A DNA stretch of 64,000 nt, from assembly GCA_963812605.1 (NCBI GenBank), contig CAWEWF010000014.1, forward strand, positions 32,001 to 96,000, given 5' to 3'. The stretch is from an uncultured Verrucomicrobiae bacterium. GTDB lineage: Bacteria; Verrucomicrobiota; Verrucomicrobiia; Palsa-1439. Of the stretch, positions 52,594 through 62,952 are shown in pieces (positions within the stretch are counted from its first letter, which is position 1; every line of letters begins with the position of its first letter). The notes under the pieces were generated by a model. That model was not told the origin of the DNA, did no database searches, and saw only the letters and a program-made list of their open reading frames with translations. Made by a program: the position numbers and the translations under genes.

Positions 52594-53938
52594 ATGGGTG
52601 CAAGCTAACAAACAGGCTCTGCGGGTGACTTTCGATAGTCGTTTGAAGCTGGAGTTTCACGGTTCCAAGGTCACCTCCGATGCGGGCTTGCTGGCTTACC
52701 GGGAACTGGATGAGGCGCTGGGACTGACCGCCATGGTGAGTGACCTGCTGAATGATTGGCGCACGGGAAAGAACACGCAACACTCGATGGTGGCGCTGCA
52801 TGCGGCAGTCGATTTTCAGCCGTCTGGCTGGATACGAGGACACCAATGACGCCGAACGGCTCTCGGTTGATCCCACCATGCGGCATGTGGTTGGCGGGCG
52901 AGCCACGGAACGCACGGCGGCTTCCACCAGCCAGATGGGTCGCTTCGAGACCGAGGTGTTGACGCAGCCGCGGAATCTGGCGGAGTTGACGAAGCTGTCG
53001 GGAATATGGATTGAGCGGCTGCGGGAACGCCAGCCGATGCGGGAACTGATCCTGGACATGGATAGTTCGGTGAGCGAAACCTATGGGGAGCAGGAAGGCA
53101 CGGCCTACAACGGGCATTTCGGCTGCACCTGCTACCACCCGCTGTTTTGCTTCAATCAGTTTGGCGATGTGGAAGCAGTCCCTGTTGCGGGAAGGCAACG
53201 TCCATAGCGCCAAGGATTGGCTGAGCGTGCTGGAACCGGTGGTGGCACGCTATCGCGGCCAGAAGTTGCCGCTCTATTTCCGGGCGGATGCCGCCTTTGC
53301 CAACCCGGAGATTTATGAGTATCTGGAAGCCGAAGGTTACGGGTATGCCATCCGGCTGCCAGCCAATGATGTGTTGCTGCGGGAGATCGCGCCGCTGCTG
53401 ACCCGTCCAGTGGGGCGTCCCTCGAACGCGCCGGTGTCTGGTATGCGGACTTTCAGTATCAGGCGAAGAGTTGGGATCGCGCCCGTCGGGTGGTGGCCAA
53501 GGTGGAATGGCACAAGGGGCGAATTGTTCCCTCGCGTCGGGTTCATCGTGACCAATCTGAGCCGGCCAGCCAAACGGGTGGTGCGGTTCTACAACCAGCG
53601 GGGGACGGCGGAGCAGTGGATCAAGGAAGGCAAGAACGCGGTGAAATGGACGCGGCTGTCCTGCCACGACTTTGTGGACAACCAGGTGCGGCTGCAACTG
53701 TTCGTGCTGGCGTACAACCTGGGCAACTTCCTGCGTCAGGCGGTGCTGCCGCAGGTCGGTGCGTCACTGGACGTTGACGACGTTGCGGGAGAAACTGATC
53801 AAGATCGGGGCGAAGGTCGTGCGCCATTCCCGGCAGGTGATCTTCCAGATGGCGGAGGTGGCGGTTCCACGAGAGTTGTTCCGGGCTATTCTGGAAAGGA
53901 TTGGATGGCTGAGATTGCCCATGCCGCTGCCCGGCTGA
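52594..53938 (+). pseudogene. IS1380 DDE transposase with multiple frameshifts (could be sequencing errors)
   Basis: VTSDAGLL, GYEDTND, LDMDSS, YHPL, LREGN, RADAAF, YNQRGTAEQWIKEGK, LREKLIKIGA spread over several frames. Confidence 0.85.
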
Positions 53939-54065
53939 TGCTCGCTGGGCGGCAAATGCGGGAAAGCAAAATGGCTGACGGCGATGCTTTGTCTGCGTTC
54001 GGTCGAAAATCGGTGCAGAACGCAATTTAGAGCCGAAGGCATCGTCTCCGGAGCCTAGAAAAGGC

Positions 54066-54093
54066 TTGCTTGCAGTGTCAGGAGAGATAAAAT
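54066..54093 (+). promoter_or_regulatory. Possible outward-facing sigma70 promoter in the IS right end
   Basis: TTGCTT-16 bp-TAAAAT pointing at the gene starting at 54157. Confidence 0.35.
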
Positions 54094-54156
54094 GCGATCA
54101 ATGAAACTGAATGGCCCGCGCTGATCGCGGGCCGTAGGTCATATGGGAAATGTAGG

Positions 54157-56160
54157 ATGAATACACACGGGCTTACAGACCGGCGTATTGGCATCGCAAT
54201 TCTCTGCGCCTTGTTCTTCGCCTCCGCGCCGGCGCAGGCAACGCTGACCACGAATAGTTGGGGCAGTTTTTTCAGCGGCCCCTGGCAGGGCGGAAGTTTA
54301 TGGTCCCTTGGTGTACCTCCTTCCAGCAGCCAGAGCATCGTCACGATCACCAATAGTTTCGTGACCGGAACCTCCAAGACCATCACCATCGACGGCACCA
54401 CTGCGACGAATTTCCCGGCCACGATGACCATCAGCAATCTCGCCGTGCTGGGCTCACTGGCCCTCGGCAACGTGCCGCCGTTGGGCAACAATATTTTGGC
54501 GCTCAGCGGCACCTCGACCTCGGCGCTGACCGTGCTCAATTCCCTCGTGGTCAGCAACGGCGGCATCATCTCCATCTCGAATTCCATTCTGAATACCGGA
54601 GGGAATGAACTCATCGGGGCCCTCGGCACCATGTTCCTGTCGAGCGGAACGAATAATACCGCGGACAACTTGGTCATCGGCGACGGCGTGAATGGCGCCG
54701 CGTTGTGGATGAACGGCGGCGCGTTGAACGCGGCGGCTCTCACCATCAACAACGGAGCGCTCCTCGTCCAATCCAACGGCACGGCAAATATTTACGGCGC
54801 GGAGTGCGTCGTATTCGGCAACTGGGCTTTGGCCGGTGGAACGCAGAATGGTACCCTGATCGTTGGAAATGGTGGCACGCCCGGTACCGCCACCATGACC
54901 GGCGGGCAACTGCTTGGCGGCCTCGGTATCAACCGCGGCACGATGGTGGTGTCCAATGGTCAGGTGAACCTTGCTCAATCCGACGTGGGTTCCCCCGCGA
55001 ATTCTGATGGCACGTTGACCATTGCGGGCGGGACAATTTCTTTGGAAACACTTCAGATTGGCGGCGGGACGGGAACACTTTGGATGACCGGCGGCAGTCT
55101 TCAGATTACCAACAACTATCTGTACGACGGAACCGGCAACGGAGGTGCCTCCGGAACATTGATTCAATCCAACGGAACCATGGCGCTGTTTGGAGAACTT
55201 GTAGGCTCCCCATTCATCGGCGGTCCTCCATCTGGCACCCTGACCGTCGCCGGCGGCGTCCATACGATCGGCGCCGGTGGATTGGCCGTGGGGTCTGCGG
55301 GAACCGGAACCTTCTGGTTGACGGGCGGACAAGTGATCGTCACCAATGGCTACACGTATCTCGGCTACGAGGGCTTTGCCACAATGACCGTCTCGAGCGG
55401 CACCTGGATGGCTCGCGATGTTTATGTGGGTACCGATGATAGTGAAGGAACGCTGACCTTTCTGGGCGGCATCACGACAATCTCCTCCAATCTCACCTTG
55501 GGCGATTGCGGCGAGGGGTCTTTGGGCCACTTGTTTCTAAAAGATGGCTATCTGTTTATCACCAACGCCGCCCACAACGCCACGCTCAACGTCCGTAACG
55601 ACGTGGTCTTGATCACGGGTGGTCACTTGATCGTGGACCGGGTCGTCATGACCAACGACTGCGGCCTGTTCATCCACGCCGGCGGCACTGTGAGCGTCGG
55701 CAGCGAGCTTCTCGATCCAAATCTGGACGCCGATAACGATGGCCTGCCAAACGGCTGGGAAATCGCCCACGGTCTCGACCCGCTCGACTCCAGTGGCGTC
55801 AATGGCGCCGACGGCGATCCCGATGGCGACGGCTACAGCAACATGCAGGAATACCTCGCCGGCTCCGATCCGCAAAATCCTTTGTCCACCCCACTCAATC
55901 CCGGCGGCACTTTCGCCTTCACCTCAATCGTGCACACCGGAAACAATATCGTCCTAACATGGAATACCGTCGGCGGAACAACCAACCAGGTACAAGTTTC
56001 CCCCGGTAGTGTCGGGGGAAGCTACTCGACCAACGCCTTCACCAATCTCGGCGCGCAAATGCTCATCACCGGCAGCGGCGCCGTCATCACCAATTTCACC
56101 GACACCAACGGCGCCACCAACAAACCCGCCCGTTACTATCGGATCCGCCTCGTACCATAA
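54157..56160 (+). CDS. Secreted Gly/Thr/Asn-rich beta-helix-like protein with a Ca-binding repeat and the shared C-terminal domain
   Basis: Signal peptide; GTL.(I/V).GG repeats; DPDGDGYSNMQEYLAGSDP; ends RYYRIRLVP. Confidence 0.8.
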   Translation: MNTHGLTDRRIGIAILCALFFASAPAQATLTTNSWGSFFSGPWQGGSLWSLGVPPSSSQSIVTITNSFVTGTSKTITIDGTTATNFPATMTISNLAVLGSLALGNVPPLGNNILALSGTSTSALTVLNSLVVSNGGIISISNSILNTGGNELIGALGTMFLSSGTNNTADNLVIGDGVNGAALWMNGGALNAAALTINNGALLVQSNGTANIYGAECVVFGNWALAGGTQNGTLIVGNGGTPGTATMTGGQLLGGLGINRGTMVVSNGQVNLAQSDVGSPANSDGTLTIAGGTISLETLQIGGGTGTLWMTGGSLQITNNYLYDGTGNGGASGTLIQSNGTMALFGELVGSPFIGGPPSGTLTVAGGVHTIGAGGLAVGSAGTGTFWLTGGQVIVTNGYTYLGYEGFATMTVSSGTWMARDVYVGTDDSEGTLTFLGGITTISSNLTLGDCGEGSLGHLFLKDGYLFITNAAHNATLNVRNDVVLITGGHLIVDRVVMTNDCGLFIHAGGTVSVGSELLDPNLDADNDGLPNGWEIAHGLDPLDSSGVNGADGDPDGDGYSNMQEYLAGSDPQNPLSTPLNPGGTFAFTSIVHTGNNIVLTWNTVGGTTNQVQVSPGSVGGSYSTNAFTNLGAQMLITGSGAVITNFTDTNGATNKPARYYRIRLVP

Positions 56161-56282
56161 CCCCTTCTGCCTCTCACATTCGCACGGGCCTCCGAAGAAT
56201 CGAAAGCCCAACAGCCTGCCACCCAACTGACAAGGCTCGGTTGAAACCAAAGAAAGCCAGACGTAGTCGCAAACACGAGGCC

Positions 56283-56525
56283 ATGGCGCACGGTGGCAAA
56301 CAACAATTGCAGGTGCCTTCGGAAATCGTGTTTGAAGTGTACAGGCCGAGGGAAGGCGGTTATGTGGCACGGGCAGTCGGGTATTCGATTTTCACTGAGG
56401 GCGACACACGCCCGCAGGTTGCACAGAACGTCAGGGCCGCAGTTTTTTGTTATTTCGGCGGGAAAGAGTTGTCACCAACACGAATCCGATTGCGTTTCAT
56501 TTACCCAGCGGATGTTGACGTATGA
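56283..56525 (+). CDS. Short HicB-like antitoxin
   Basis: EIVFEV...EGGYVARAVGYSIFTEGDT......NVRAAV.CYF; ATGA overlap with the next gene. Confidence 0.7.
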   Translation: MAHGGKQQLQVPSEIVFEVYRPREGGYVARAVGYSIFTEGDTRPQVAQNVRAAVFCYFGGKELSPTRIRLRFIYPADVDV

Positions 56526-57520
56526 GCATATCCGCCAATGCTTCGGGAGTCGAGTTGGTCGAGCAGCTTCGCGCAGTCGGCTACGAGCGGATTGCCCGGA
56601 GCGACGGGCACTTCGTTCTGGACACAGACCGCAACGGCGCTCATCGGATTGTCCTACCTGATTGTGATCGACTATGCGAGCACACGGTGCGCTCAATTAT
56701 GCAAGACGCAGGCTCTCATGTGGGACGTGAGTCTTCTGATACATGGGAGGGTGCGAAACCGCCCCCAGGCGGCGGAAGCGTCGTGATCTACCGTGAAGGC
56801 GTCGGACAGGTCCGGCTGTGGTATGACGAGACCGGCAAATTGGAGAAAGAGGAGCCGGTCGAGCAACCCGTATCCCCAAGCCAAACCCAACGGGTGTGCC
56901 GTCCGCGTGACAAGAAACTACAAGAGTGGCTTGGAATGATGGGCTATGCGTCCCTTTACGAATGGCCAATGCCAGAGTGGGCCTGGAACGCCTACGCAGA
57001 AATGCAGCGGATGTATCTTCCGGAACTGTGGAAGCGGTTTACGACGTGGGACGCATTCTTGAACGATCCCCTCCAGCAGGGACTACGGACTGGCTATCAA
57101 TTGGCGCTGTGCGTGACCACCATGGACAACGCGACGCTGCTGGACAGACGCGATCCGGAAGCTGCGATAGCGGCTAGAAAAGAGCGGCCAATCTACATTG
57201 AAAATGTCGAGCGAGTCTGCGAAGAATGGTCTCTTCCGCGCCAGCAGAAGTTCTTTAAGGGATTTACAATGGCACTCACCGAGGACGCCGTCTACTTTGA
57301 AACGGGCAAACCCACAGTTGACGCTGGCAGATTCGCAGTGCTGGGGTTCCTTCTCGACCATCGCGCTGAAGTGAAAGAAAAGTATATGAAGAAGCGCCAG
57401 ACTATCGGTGACCTCTACACTTGGGTGAGCGGTGATCTTGAATCCCGTTGTATGGAACTGAAAACGTTCCAGAATCTTTGCAGTAGAATTGGCCTTCGTC
57501 TGCGATCCCGCAAGCGATAA
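56522..57520 (+). CDS. HicA-like N-terminal domain fused to a ~260-aa unknown domain
   Basis: SGVELVEQLRAVGYERIARSDGHFVL......HRIVLP...L...TVRSIM resembles HicA (dsRBD-like fold). Confidence 0.6.
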   Translation: MSISANASGVELVEQLRAVGYERIARSDGHFVLDTDRNGAHRIVLPDCDRLCEHTVRSIMQDAGSHVGRESSDTWEGAKPPPGGGSVVIYREGVGQVRLWYDETGKLEKEEPVEQPVSPSQTQRVCRPRDKKLQEWLGMMGYASLYEWPMPEWAWNAYAEMQRMYLPELWKRFTTWDAFLNDPLQQGLRTGYQLALCVTTMDNATLLDRRDPEAAIAARKERPIYIENVERVCEEWSLPRQQKFFKGFTMALTEDAVYFETGKPTVDAGRFAVLGFLLDHRAEVKEKYMKKRQTIGDLYTWVSGDLESRCMELKTFQNLCSRIGLRLRSRKR

Positions 57521-57637
57521 ACACCGCCCACATTGACGCGGCAGTCCGAAGTAGGAGTTTAGCCACCGCACTTTCCCGGCCCCACCCTCTTTCTGCCCGG
57601 GAAAACGACCGCTTGCATAGGAGTACGGTCGCGTCCA

Positions 57638-57922
57638 ATGAAAGCCGATACTGTCACACCGCACACCGCCAGTGCGAATAAAACGGCGGCCCCGATTGCG
57701 CCCGGTGCGAGTGGCGCGCAGCCTGAATTTTGTAGGCCCGCGGATATGCCCCGGCTGTTCGGAATCGGGCGCACATACGCCTACCAACTCATCAACGAAG
57801 GGAAAATCAAATCTATCTCACTTCGGAAACGGGGTGCACGCACTGGTGTGCGTCTGATTTCTTGCGACTCCGTGCGGGAGTTCTTGGCGAGCGAAATGGA
57901 GAAGGGCGAGGAGAAGGTATGA
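57638..57922 (+). CDS. Excisionase/AlpA-like HTH protein
   Basis: RLFGIGRTYAYQLINEGKIKS...GVRLISCDSVREFL. Confidence 0.75.
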   Translation: MKADTVTPHTASANKTAAPIAPGASGAQPEFCRPADMPRLFGIGRTYAYQLINEGKIKSISLRKRGARTGVRLISCDSVREFLASEMEKGEEKV

Positions 57923-58183
57923 AGCAGCAAGGGAAACCGGTTCGGCATTTGGACGACTTGTCGTTGGAGGAGTTGCAGGGCTACGCCGCACGAATGTCCG
58001 AATTGGAACCCTCTCAGCAGGGAGCGTTACGTGGAGAAGGTGGCTAAACACAGAGGGTTCTCTATCATATTCCGCGCGTTACAACGGATCGACGAGTGTT
58101 ACGACCCCGACGAGATTCGGTTTCCCTGGGCTCTTTTCGGAAAGGTGATCAGGGATGTGGCGAACGGGCGTGACGGGAGTTGA
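57919..58183 (+). CDS. Small hypothetical protein; probable frameshift near 58015
   Basis: ATGA-coupled to the excisionase-like gene; continues in another frame as ERYVEKVAK...IRFPWALFGKVIRD. Confidence 0.4.
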
Positions 58184-58401
58184 GGGACAAATTTTCACCG
58201 GCCAAGTTCCACGAGGCAACATTTCACGGGCCTATTTCCATCTAGCGATTCGGTACCCGTCCGCGTTTCTGGCTCGACACCCTATAGCCGCCCCCCGCTG
58301 GAATCAAGTTCATCAAGAAGGCAGGCCGGTGATGGGCTGTCAAGGCCGCGCTCACATATTCCTTGAATATTGGACGGCATTCGTCCATATTTCACGGTGC
58401 C

Positions 58402-59553
58402 ATGAAGATTAGCCGACTGGAGTTGAAGCACCGGGTGGAGCAGGGATTAAAAACCTTCCCTGTCACGGCGCTCTTGGGGCCGCGGCAGAGCGGCAAGACC
58501 ACGCTTGCCCGCGAGATCGCTGGAAAGAAAGGCCGATACTTCGATCTCGAAAATCCCCGTGACCAAGCGCGACTGACACAGGCGCAATCCGTCCTTGAGG
58601 AGTTGCGCGGCTTGGTCGTACTGGACGAAATACAACGCCGACCCGATTTGATGCCGTTGCTGCGGGTGCTGGCGGATCGCCGTCCATTGCCCGCTCGGTT
58701 TCTGCTGCTCGGCAGTGCTTCGCCCGATTTAATGAAACATTCATCGGAGTCGCTAGCGGGCCGGATTCACTTCGTGGATATGAGCGGGTTCAGTCTACTG
58801 GAAGTCGGCGCAATCCAGCAACGCAAGCTGTGGGTGCGCGGCGGCTTCCCGGACTCGTTCCTGGCCCGAAACGATGCCGATAGTCTGGCATGGCGCGATG
58901 ATTTTATCCGCACGTTTCTGGAGCGCGACCTGCCGCTGCTCGGAGTTCACATTCCGCCGGAGACGTTACGGCGGTTTTGGACGATGCTGGCGCATTATCA
59001 CGGGCAAATCTGGAATGCTTCGGAGTTGGGCAACTCCCTCGGTGTGGCGCACCATGCCACGCGCCGCTACCTGGACGCCTTGGTGGGAGCCTATGTGGTG
59101 CGGCAATTGCAACCGTGGTTTGAGAACGTCGGCAAGCGCGTGGTCAAATCGCCGAAGGTCTATATCCGTGACAGCGGGCTGCTTCACGCCCTGCTCGGCA
59201 TTCCGGATTGGACAAGTTTGCAAGCGCACCCGAAGCTCGGCGCATCGTGGGAAGGCTTCGCGTTGGAGCAGGTCTTGGCGTGGGCAGGCGAACGCAATGC
59301 CTATTTCTGGGCCACGCACGGTGGCGCGGAGTTGGATTTGATGGTGACGCTCGGTGGCAAGCGGTGGGGCTTCGAGTTCAAGTGCTCCGACACGCCGGCG
59401 CTGACCAAGTCCATGATGATTGCCTTGGAAGACCTGAAATTGAAGAAGTTGTGGGTCGTTTACCCCGGCAAGGAGTCCTATCCGCTGCATGACCGTGTTG
59501 AGTGCATTGGCCTAGGTGACTTGGAGAAAGCCCGGCGAGCGAGCGGGGGCTAA
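58402..59553 (+). CDS. AAA_14 ATPase with DUF4143 domain
   Basis: GPRQSGKT, LDEIQ, LLGSAS, ESLAGR, GGFP, KSPKVY.RDSGL, ELDL...FEFK. Confidence 0.9.
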   Translation: MKISRLELKHRVEQGLKTFPVTALLGPRQSGKTTLAREIAGKKGRYFDLENPRDQARLTQAQSVLEELRGLVVLDEIQRRPDLMPLLRVLADRRPLPARFLLLGSASPDLMKHSSESLAGRIHFVDMSGFSLLEVGAIQQRKLWVRGGFPDSFLARNDADSLAWRDDFIRTFLERDLPLLGVHIPPETLRRFWTMLAHYHGQIWNASELGNSLGVAHHATRRYLDALVGAYVVRQLQPWFENVGKRVVKSPKVYIRDSGLLHALLGIPDWTSLQAHPKLGASWEGFALEQVLAWAGERNAYFWATHGGAELDLMVTLGGKRWGFEFKCSDTPALTKSMMIALEDLKLKKLWVVYPGKESYPLHDRVECIGLGDLEKARRASGG

Positions 59554-60027
59554 GATGCAGGCGGGAAAGCCATTTGAAGGCTTCTGATTAGACTGGGACG
59601 TATAGTTAAAGCCATACTTGAACTGGATCGCCTAAATCAAGCTACAGCCAAGACAATATATGTCCGGACAATTCGGGCAGGAAGGCGGGCGGTTTATCCA
59701 AACGCTGCCGCAGCCGAGACCAACGCCCGCCGCACAAGTCGCCGCACAGTTCGAGGATCAGGAAAACCGCCAGTAGGACAGGCTATTGCGTGACATTAGC
59801 GGCACTTTCACATACCCAAACCCACCGCTGCCTGATCTCAAGGTGCTTGGCATCATTGTTGTCTATCCGTCGCGATGTCGATATGAAGTCCTATTACAAG
59901 CTGCTAGTGACAAAGTTCGCCATTGTTGGCGGGCTAGGTGAATTGCACTATCATCGTGTGATTATTCTTGCTGATACCGGGACATAGCGTTCACCTGGTC
60001 TTGGCTCACGTGCGGCACGCGTTGCCG

Positions 60028-60738
60028 TCATGGGTCGTAGCGAACATTCCGTTTTTTTACTTGGCCGATAGCGAGGGTCTCCACGTGTCCATCGGTGAAA
60101 AGGAAGTTGGCGGCTGTATTCGCCCGCTGCCGCCAGCGAATAAAGCCGGCACTGCTACCGGTATTAACGTCGTCAACATTCGGCCCGGGGGCAATAGGAT
60201 CGTCATTGTCTGAAGCGCCCGCAACATATTGCTGGTAGATACATTGAACGGAGTAGGCTGTCGACAGGGCGTTCCCGCTCCACGCCTGGCAGCCATCCAT
60301 GACGAGAATGGTTTCACTGGGGCGACTCAAGCGGGAGCGTCGATAGAGGCCAGTGGATCGGGTATCCGGCACGAGCATAGGATGGGCGGAATAGTCAAGG
60401 TGCCCGATGGTCGTGAGACCGTTTGGGCACTTGAACACTTTACTGTAATCGCTAGTGGTCGCGTATGTTCCCCCGGCTTTTGAGAGGTACGGTTGAATCA
60501 ACAGCGTCCAATCGGTAGTGCCGGTGTAACCAGCCGGGAAGTAATCGTCGTGATCGTCGGCATACATCAAGGTCGCTAGGCCAATCTGGCGCAGGTTGGC
60601 AACTCCGGAAGCCGTCCGGGCCGTCCGGCGCGGTCCCAGCGCCGGTAAGAGCATCCCAGCCAATATGCCAATGATGGCTATGACGACCAGGAGTTCGATC
60701 AACGTGAATGCCTTTCGGCTGTTAGCGAACATTCTCAT
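60028..60738 (-). CDS. Prepilin-type N-methylation / DUF1559 (H-X9-DG-type) protein
   Basis: [47 protein letters not shown]. Confidence 0.9.
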   Translation of the reverse strand: MRMFANSRKAFTLIELLVVIAIIGILAGMLLPALGPRRTARTASGVANLRQIGLATLMYADDHDDYFPAGYTGTTDWTLLIQPYLSKAGGTYATTSDYSKVFKCPNGLTTIGHLDYSAHPMLVPDTRSTGLYRRSRLSRPSETILVMDGCQAWSGNALSTAYSVQCIYQQYVAGASDNDDPIAPGPNVDDVNTGSSAGFIRWRQRANTAANFLFTDGHVETLAIGQVKKRNVRYDP

Positions 60739-60886
60739 CGGATCCTTCCATGAAGGAAGGCATCGGCCAACGGCAGACATGAAAAGTGGGCGCAACCACT
60801 CGTTGTTCACCGAGTCGTGAACGTGGGACTTTGTGCCTGTTGTTTGTTTGCCCATAGTGGTTGCGCCTGAACAAATCGGCTTCTTA

Positions 60887-62383
60887 CTACGGCACCAGCA
60901 CGCGAACGCGGTAGTAGCGCGACGGTTTATTCGTCGCCCCGCCCAGATCCACCATATTGGTAAGGGTGCCAAGCCCCACACCGCCCATGAGGACGTTCGT
61001 CACGCCAGTGCTTGCGAAGTTGTTACTGTTGTAGCTGCCGTTGGCCGTGCCCACAGTGAACTCCAGCACGTTGGTGCGGCTCCCCAACGGTGGCATGCGG
61101 CTGCTATCGCCGCTGGCTCCCAGGTAACTCACAAAGACGTTCGTGCCGCCGTTCGTCGCAGCGATGCTAATGATGTGAACGTATGCCGCAGCATTGGTGG
61201 GATTGAATCCCGCCAGGAACTGGTTGGTGTTGCTCATCCCTTTGCCAAACGGATCCGCGCCCGGTCCACTGAATGCTGGATTGGTCAGTTCACCGGACGT
61301 GAAATACTGGTTCTGCCAGACTGCAAATGGATCCGTCCCCAGCGGCTGAAACGCGGCATCATCAAAATACACGGATCCACTGCTGTACGCGACGTTCTTG
61401 AACAGTAAGGTATACCGGGATAACATCGTGTTCGGGGGTGCGGTGGCAGTCAATACCAGTTGTGTGTACACATTCAGCGTTAGATTGTTCTGGTTGACGT
61501 CGACCTCCTGCGCAGCCAGCAGACCATTGGTCGTGTCCTCAAACTCAATTTTCAAGGTCGCGGCATTGTTGGTGCCGATAGGGTCGGATGACAGGCTCTG
61601 TACCCACGCCGTTGCCATCCAGGCCTGTCCCGCCGTCGCGAGGACATCCTGATACGCGCCGGAGTAGTTCGGGTCGGCATTGAATCCGCCAAACATCTTG
61701 AGGTCCTGCGTTCCGGTGTGTGAATTGCCCGAGTTACGCAGAACATTGGGGATGACGTTATTGAAGAAAACCCAGTTGAGGGCATTTGTATCTCCGAACT
61801 CAAAACCTGGATTCTCCAATTGCGTCGATGCAAACTCCGCATCATCAAAATACACGGAACCGCTGTTGAATGCGACGTTCTTAAACACTAAGGCATACCG
61901 GGCATACATCGTGTTCGGGGGTGCGGTGGCAGTCAATACCAGTTGTGTGTATACATTCAGCGTTAGATTGTTCTGGTTGACGTCGACCTCCTGCGCAGCC
62001 AGGAAACCGTTGGTCGCGTCATGAAACTCAATTTTCAAGGTCGCGATATTGTTGGTGCCCATAGGGTCGGATGACAGGCTCTTGACGAACACCGTTGCCT
62101 TCCACGTGTCTCCCGCCGTCGCGAGGACGTCCTGATACGCGCCGGAGTAGTTCGGGTCAGCGTTGAATCCGCCAAACACCTTGAGGTCCTCCGTTCCGGT
62201 GCGGGAATTGCCAAAGTCACGCTGAACATTGGGGATGACGTTATTGAAGAAAACCCAGTAAGAGGCATTTGAATCTCCGTACTCAAAGCTTGCGTTCTGG
62301 AGTTGGGCCGGGCTCGATGTTGCGAAAGCGGCGTACACGAGAAGACCAAAACCGTAGCCAATCCACTTGCTGTGCGAATTCAT
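60887..62383 (-). CDS. Secreted protein with two tandem CBM4/9-like domains and the shared C-terminal domain
   Basis: Signal peptide; two L.N..FE...W...VYFDD domains; ends [10 protein letters not shown]. Confidence 0.8.
   Translation of the reverse strand: MNSHSKWIGYGFGLLVYAAFATSSPAQLQNASFEYGDSNASYWVFFNNVIPNVQRDFGNSRTGTEDLKVFGGFNADPNYSGAYQDVLATAGDTWKATVFVKSLSSDPMGTNNIATLKIEFHDATNGFLAAQEVDVNQNNLTLNVYTQLVLTATAPPNTMYARYALVFKNVAFNSGSVYFDDAEFASTQLENPGFEFGDTNALNWVFFNNVIPNVLRNSGNSHTGTQDLKMFGGFNADPNYSGAYQDVLATAGQAWMATAWVQSLSSDPIGTNNAATLKIEFEDTTNGLLAAQEVDVNQNNLTLNVYTQLVLTATAPPNTMLSRYTLLFKNVAYSSGSVYFDDAAFQPLGTDPFAVWQNQYFTSGELTNPAFSGPGADPFGKGMSNTNQFLAGFNPTNAAAYVHIISIAATNGGTNVFVSYLGASGDSSRMPPLGSRTNVLEFTVGTANGSYNSNNFASTGVTNVLMGGVGLGTLTNMVDLGGATNKPSRYYRVRVLVP
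61340..62305 (-). repeat. Tandem duplication with a 483-bp unit
   Basis: Units 61823-62305 and 61340-61822 share long identical DNA stretches, e.g. the segment encoding [32 protein letters not shown]. Confidence 0.9.
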
Positions 62384-62407
62384 AAAGCTTATCCCTTCAG
62401 AACTAAG

Positions 62408-62422
62408 TGTTACGCATAACAT
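62408..62422. promoter_or_regulatory. Candidate LacI-family operator, copy 1
   Basis: TGTTACGCATAACAT, a quasi-palindrome with central GC; minus-strand TTGACA at 62441-62446. Confidence 0.6.
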
Positions 62423-62608
62423 GTCACAACCAATACTTCTTGTCAACAACATTTGAAGCCAGACCCACGAGCCGGAAAGGCGGTCATCGTTACAAAAAGC
62501 GCTATTTTATTGAAAAATGCGCAAAAATGATCGGCAAATTTTGTTGTAGTTGCATCTGTTTTCATTGGCGGGGCTTCCACGAGTGGCTGTTGACAATTCA
62601 AAAAATAT

Positions 62609-62623
62609 ATGTTATGCGTAACT
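62609..62623. promoter_or_regulatory. Candidate LacI-family operator, copy 2
   Basis: ATGTTATGCGTAACT matches the reverse complement of copy 1 at 14/15; TTGACA at 62590-62595. Confidence 0.6.
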
Positions 62624-62952
62624 GGTGGAAAGTGAAGGCGCGTTGCACGCGGTTGGATGGGTTCCAAGAGTCGGTCTTTGCCCAAACAATTCGTCGCAGT
62701 CCCGTTGGGTGGGTGATGAGGTTGTGACGTGAACGTGATTACTCGTATTGCACTGACCTTCATGACTGTGGGTGTGGCTTTCGTCACGCTGTTTAACCCA
62801 CAGCAAGACTGCAAGCGATTTTAGCATTGGTATATTGATATATGGATACCTTCAATTTCATCACGGCGCGCGGGATCTCTGACTCTTCGAAAAAGCCCGT
62901 TGACAAGGCAGAGACGGCGAAGCTACAAGGGCTCGCGTATTTGGGGAGCTGC

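Larger units (their letters stand above)
52487..54156 (+). mobile_element. IS1380-family insertion sequence
   Basis: Left end CCCAGATTTCCCAGAT (52487-52502); right end reverse complement CCTACATTTCCCATAT (54141-54156), 13/16 match; flanks TTGAA and ATGAA. Confidence 0.85.

Noticed and set aside
61340-62305. 483-bp duplication as a DGR TR/VR pair or assembly artefact
   Set aside because: Both units are in-frame whole domains, and the differences are numerous and not adenine-restricted.
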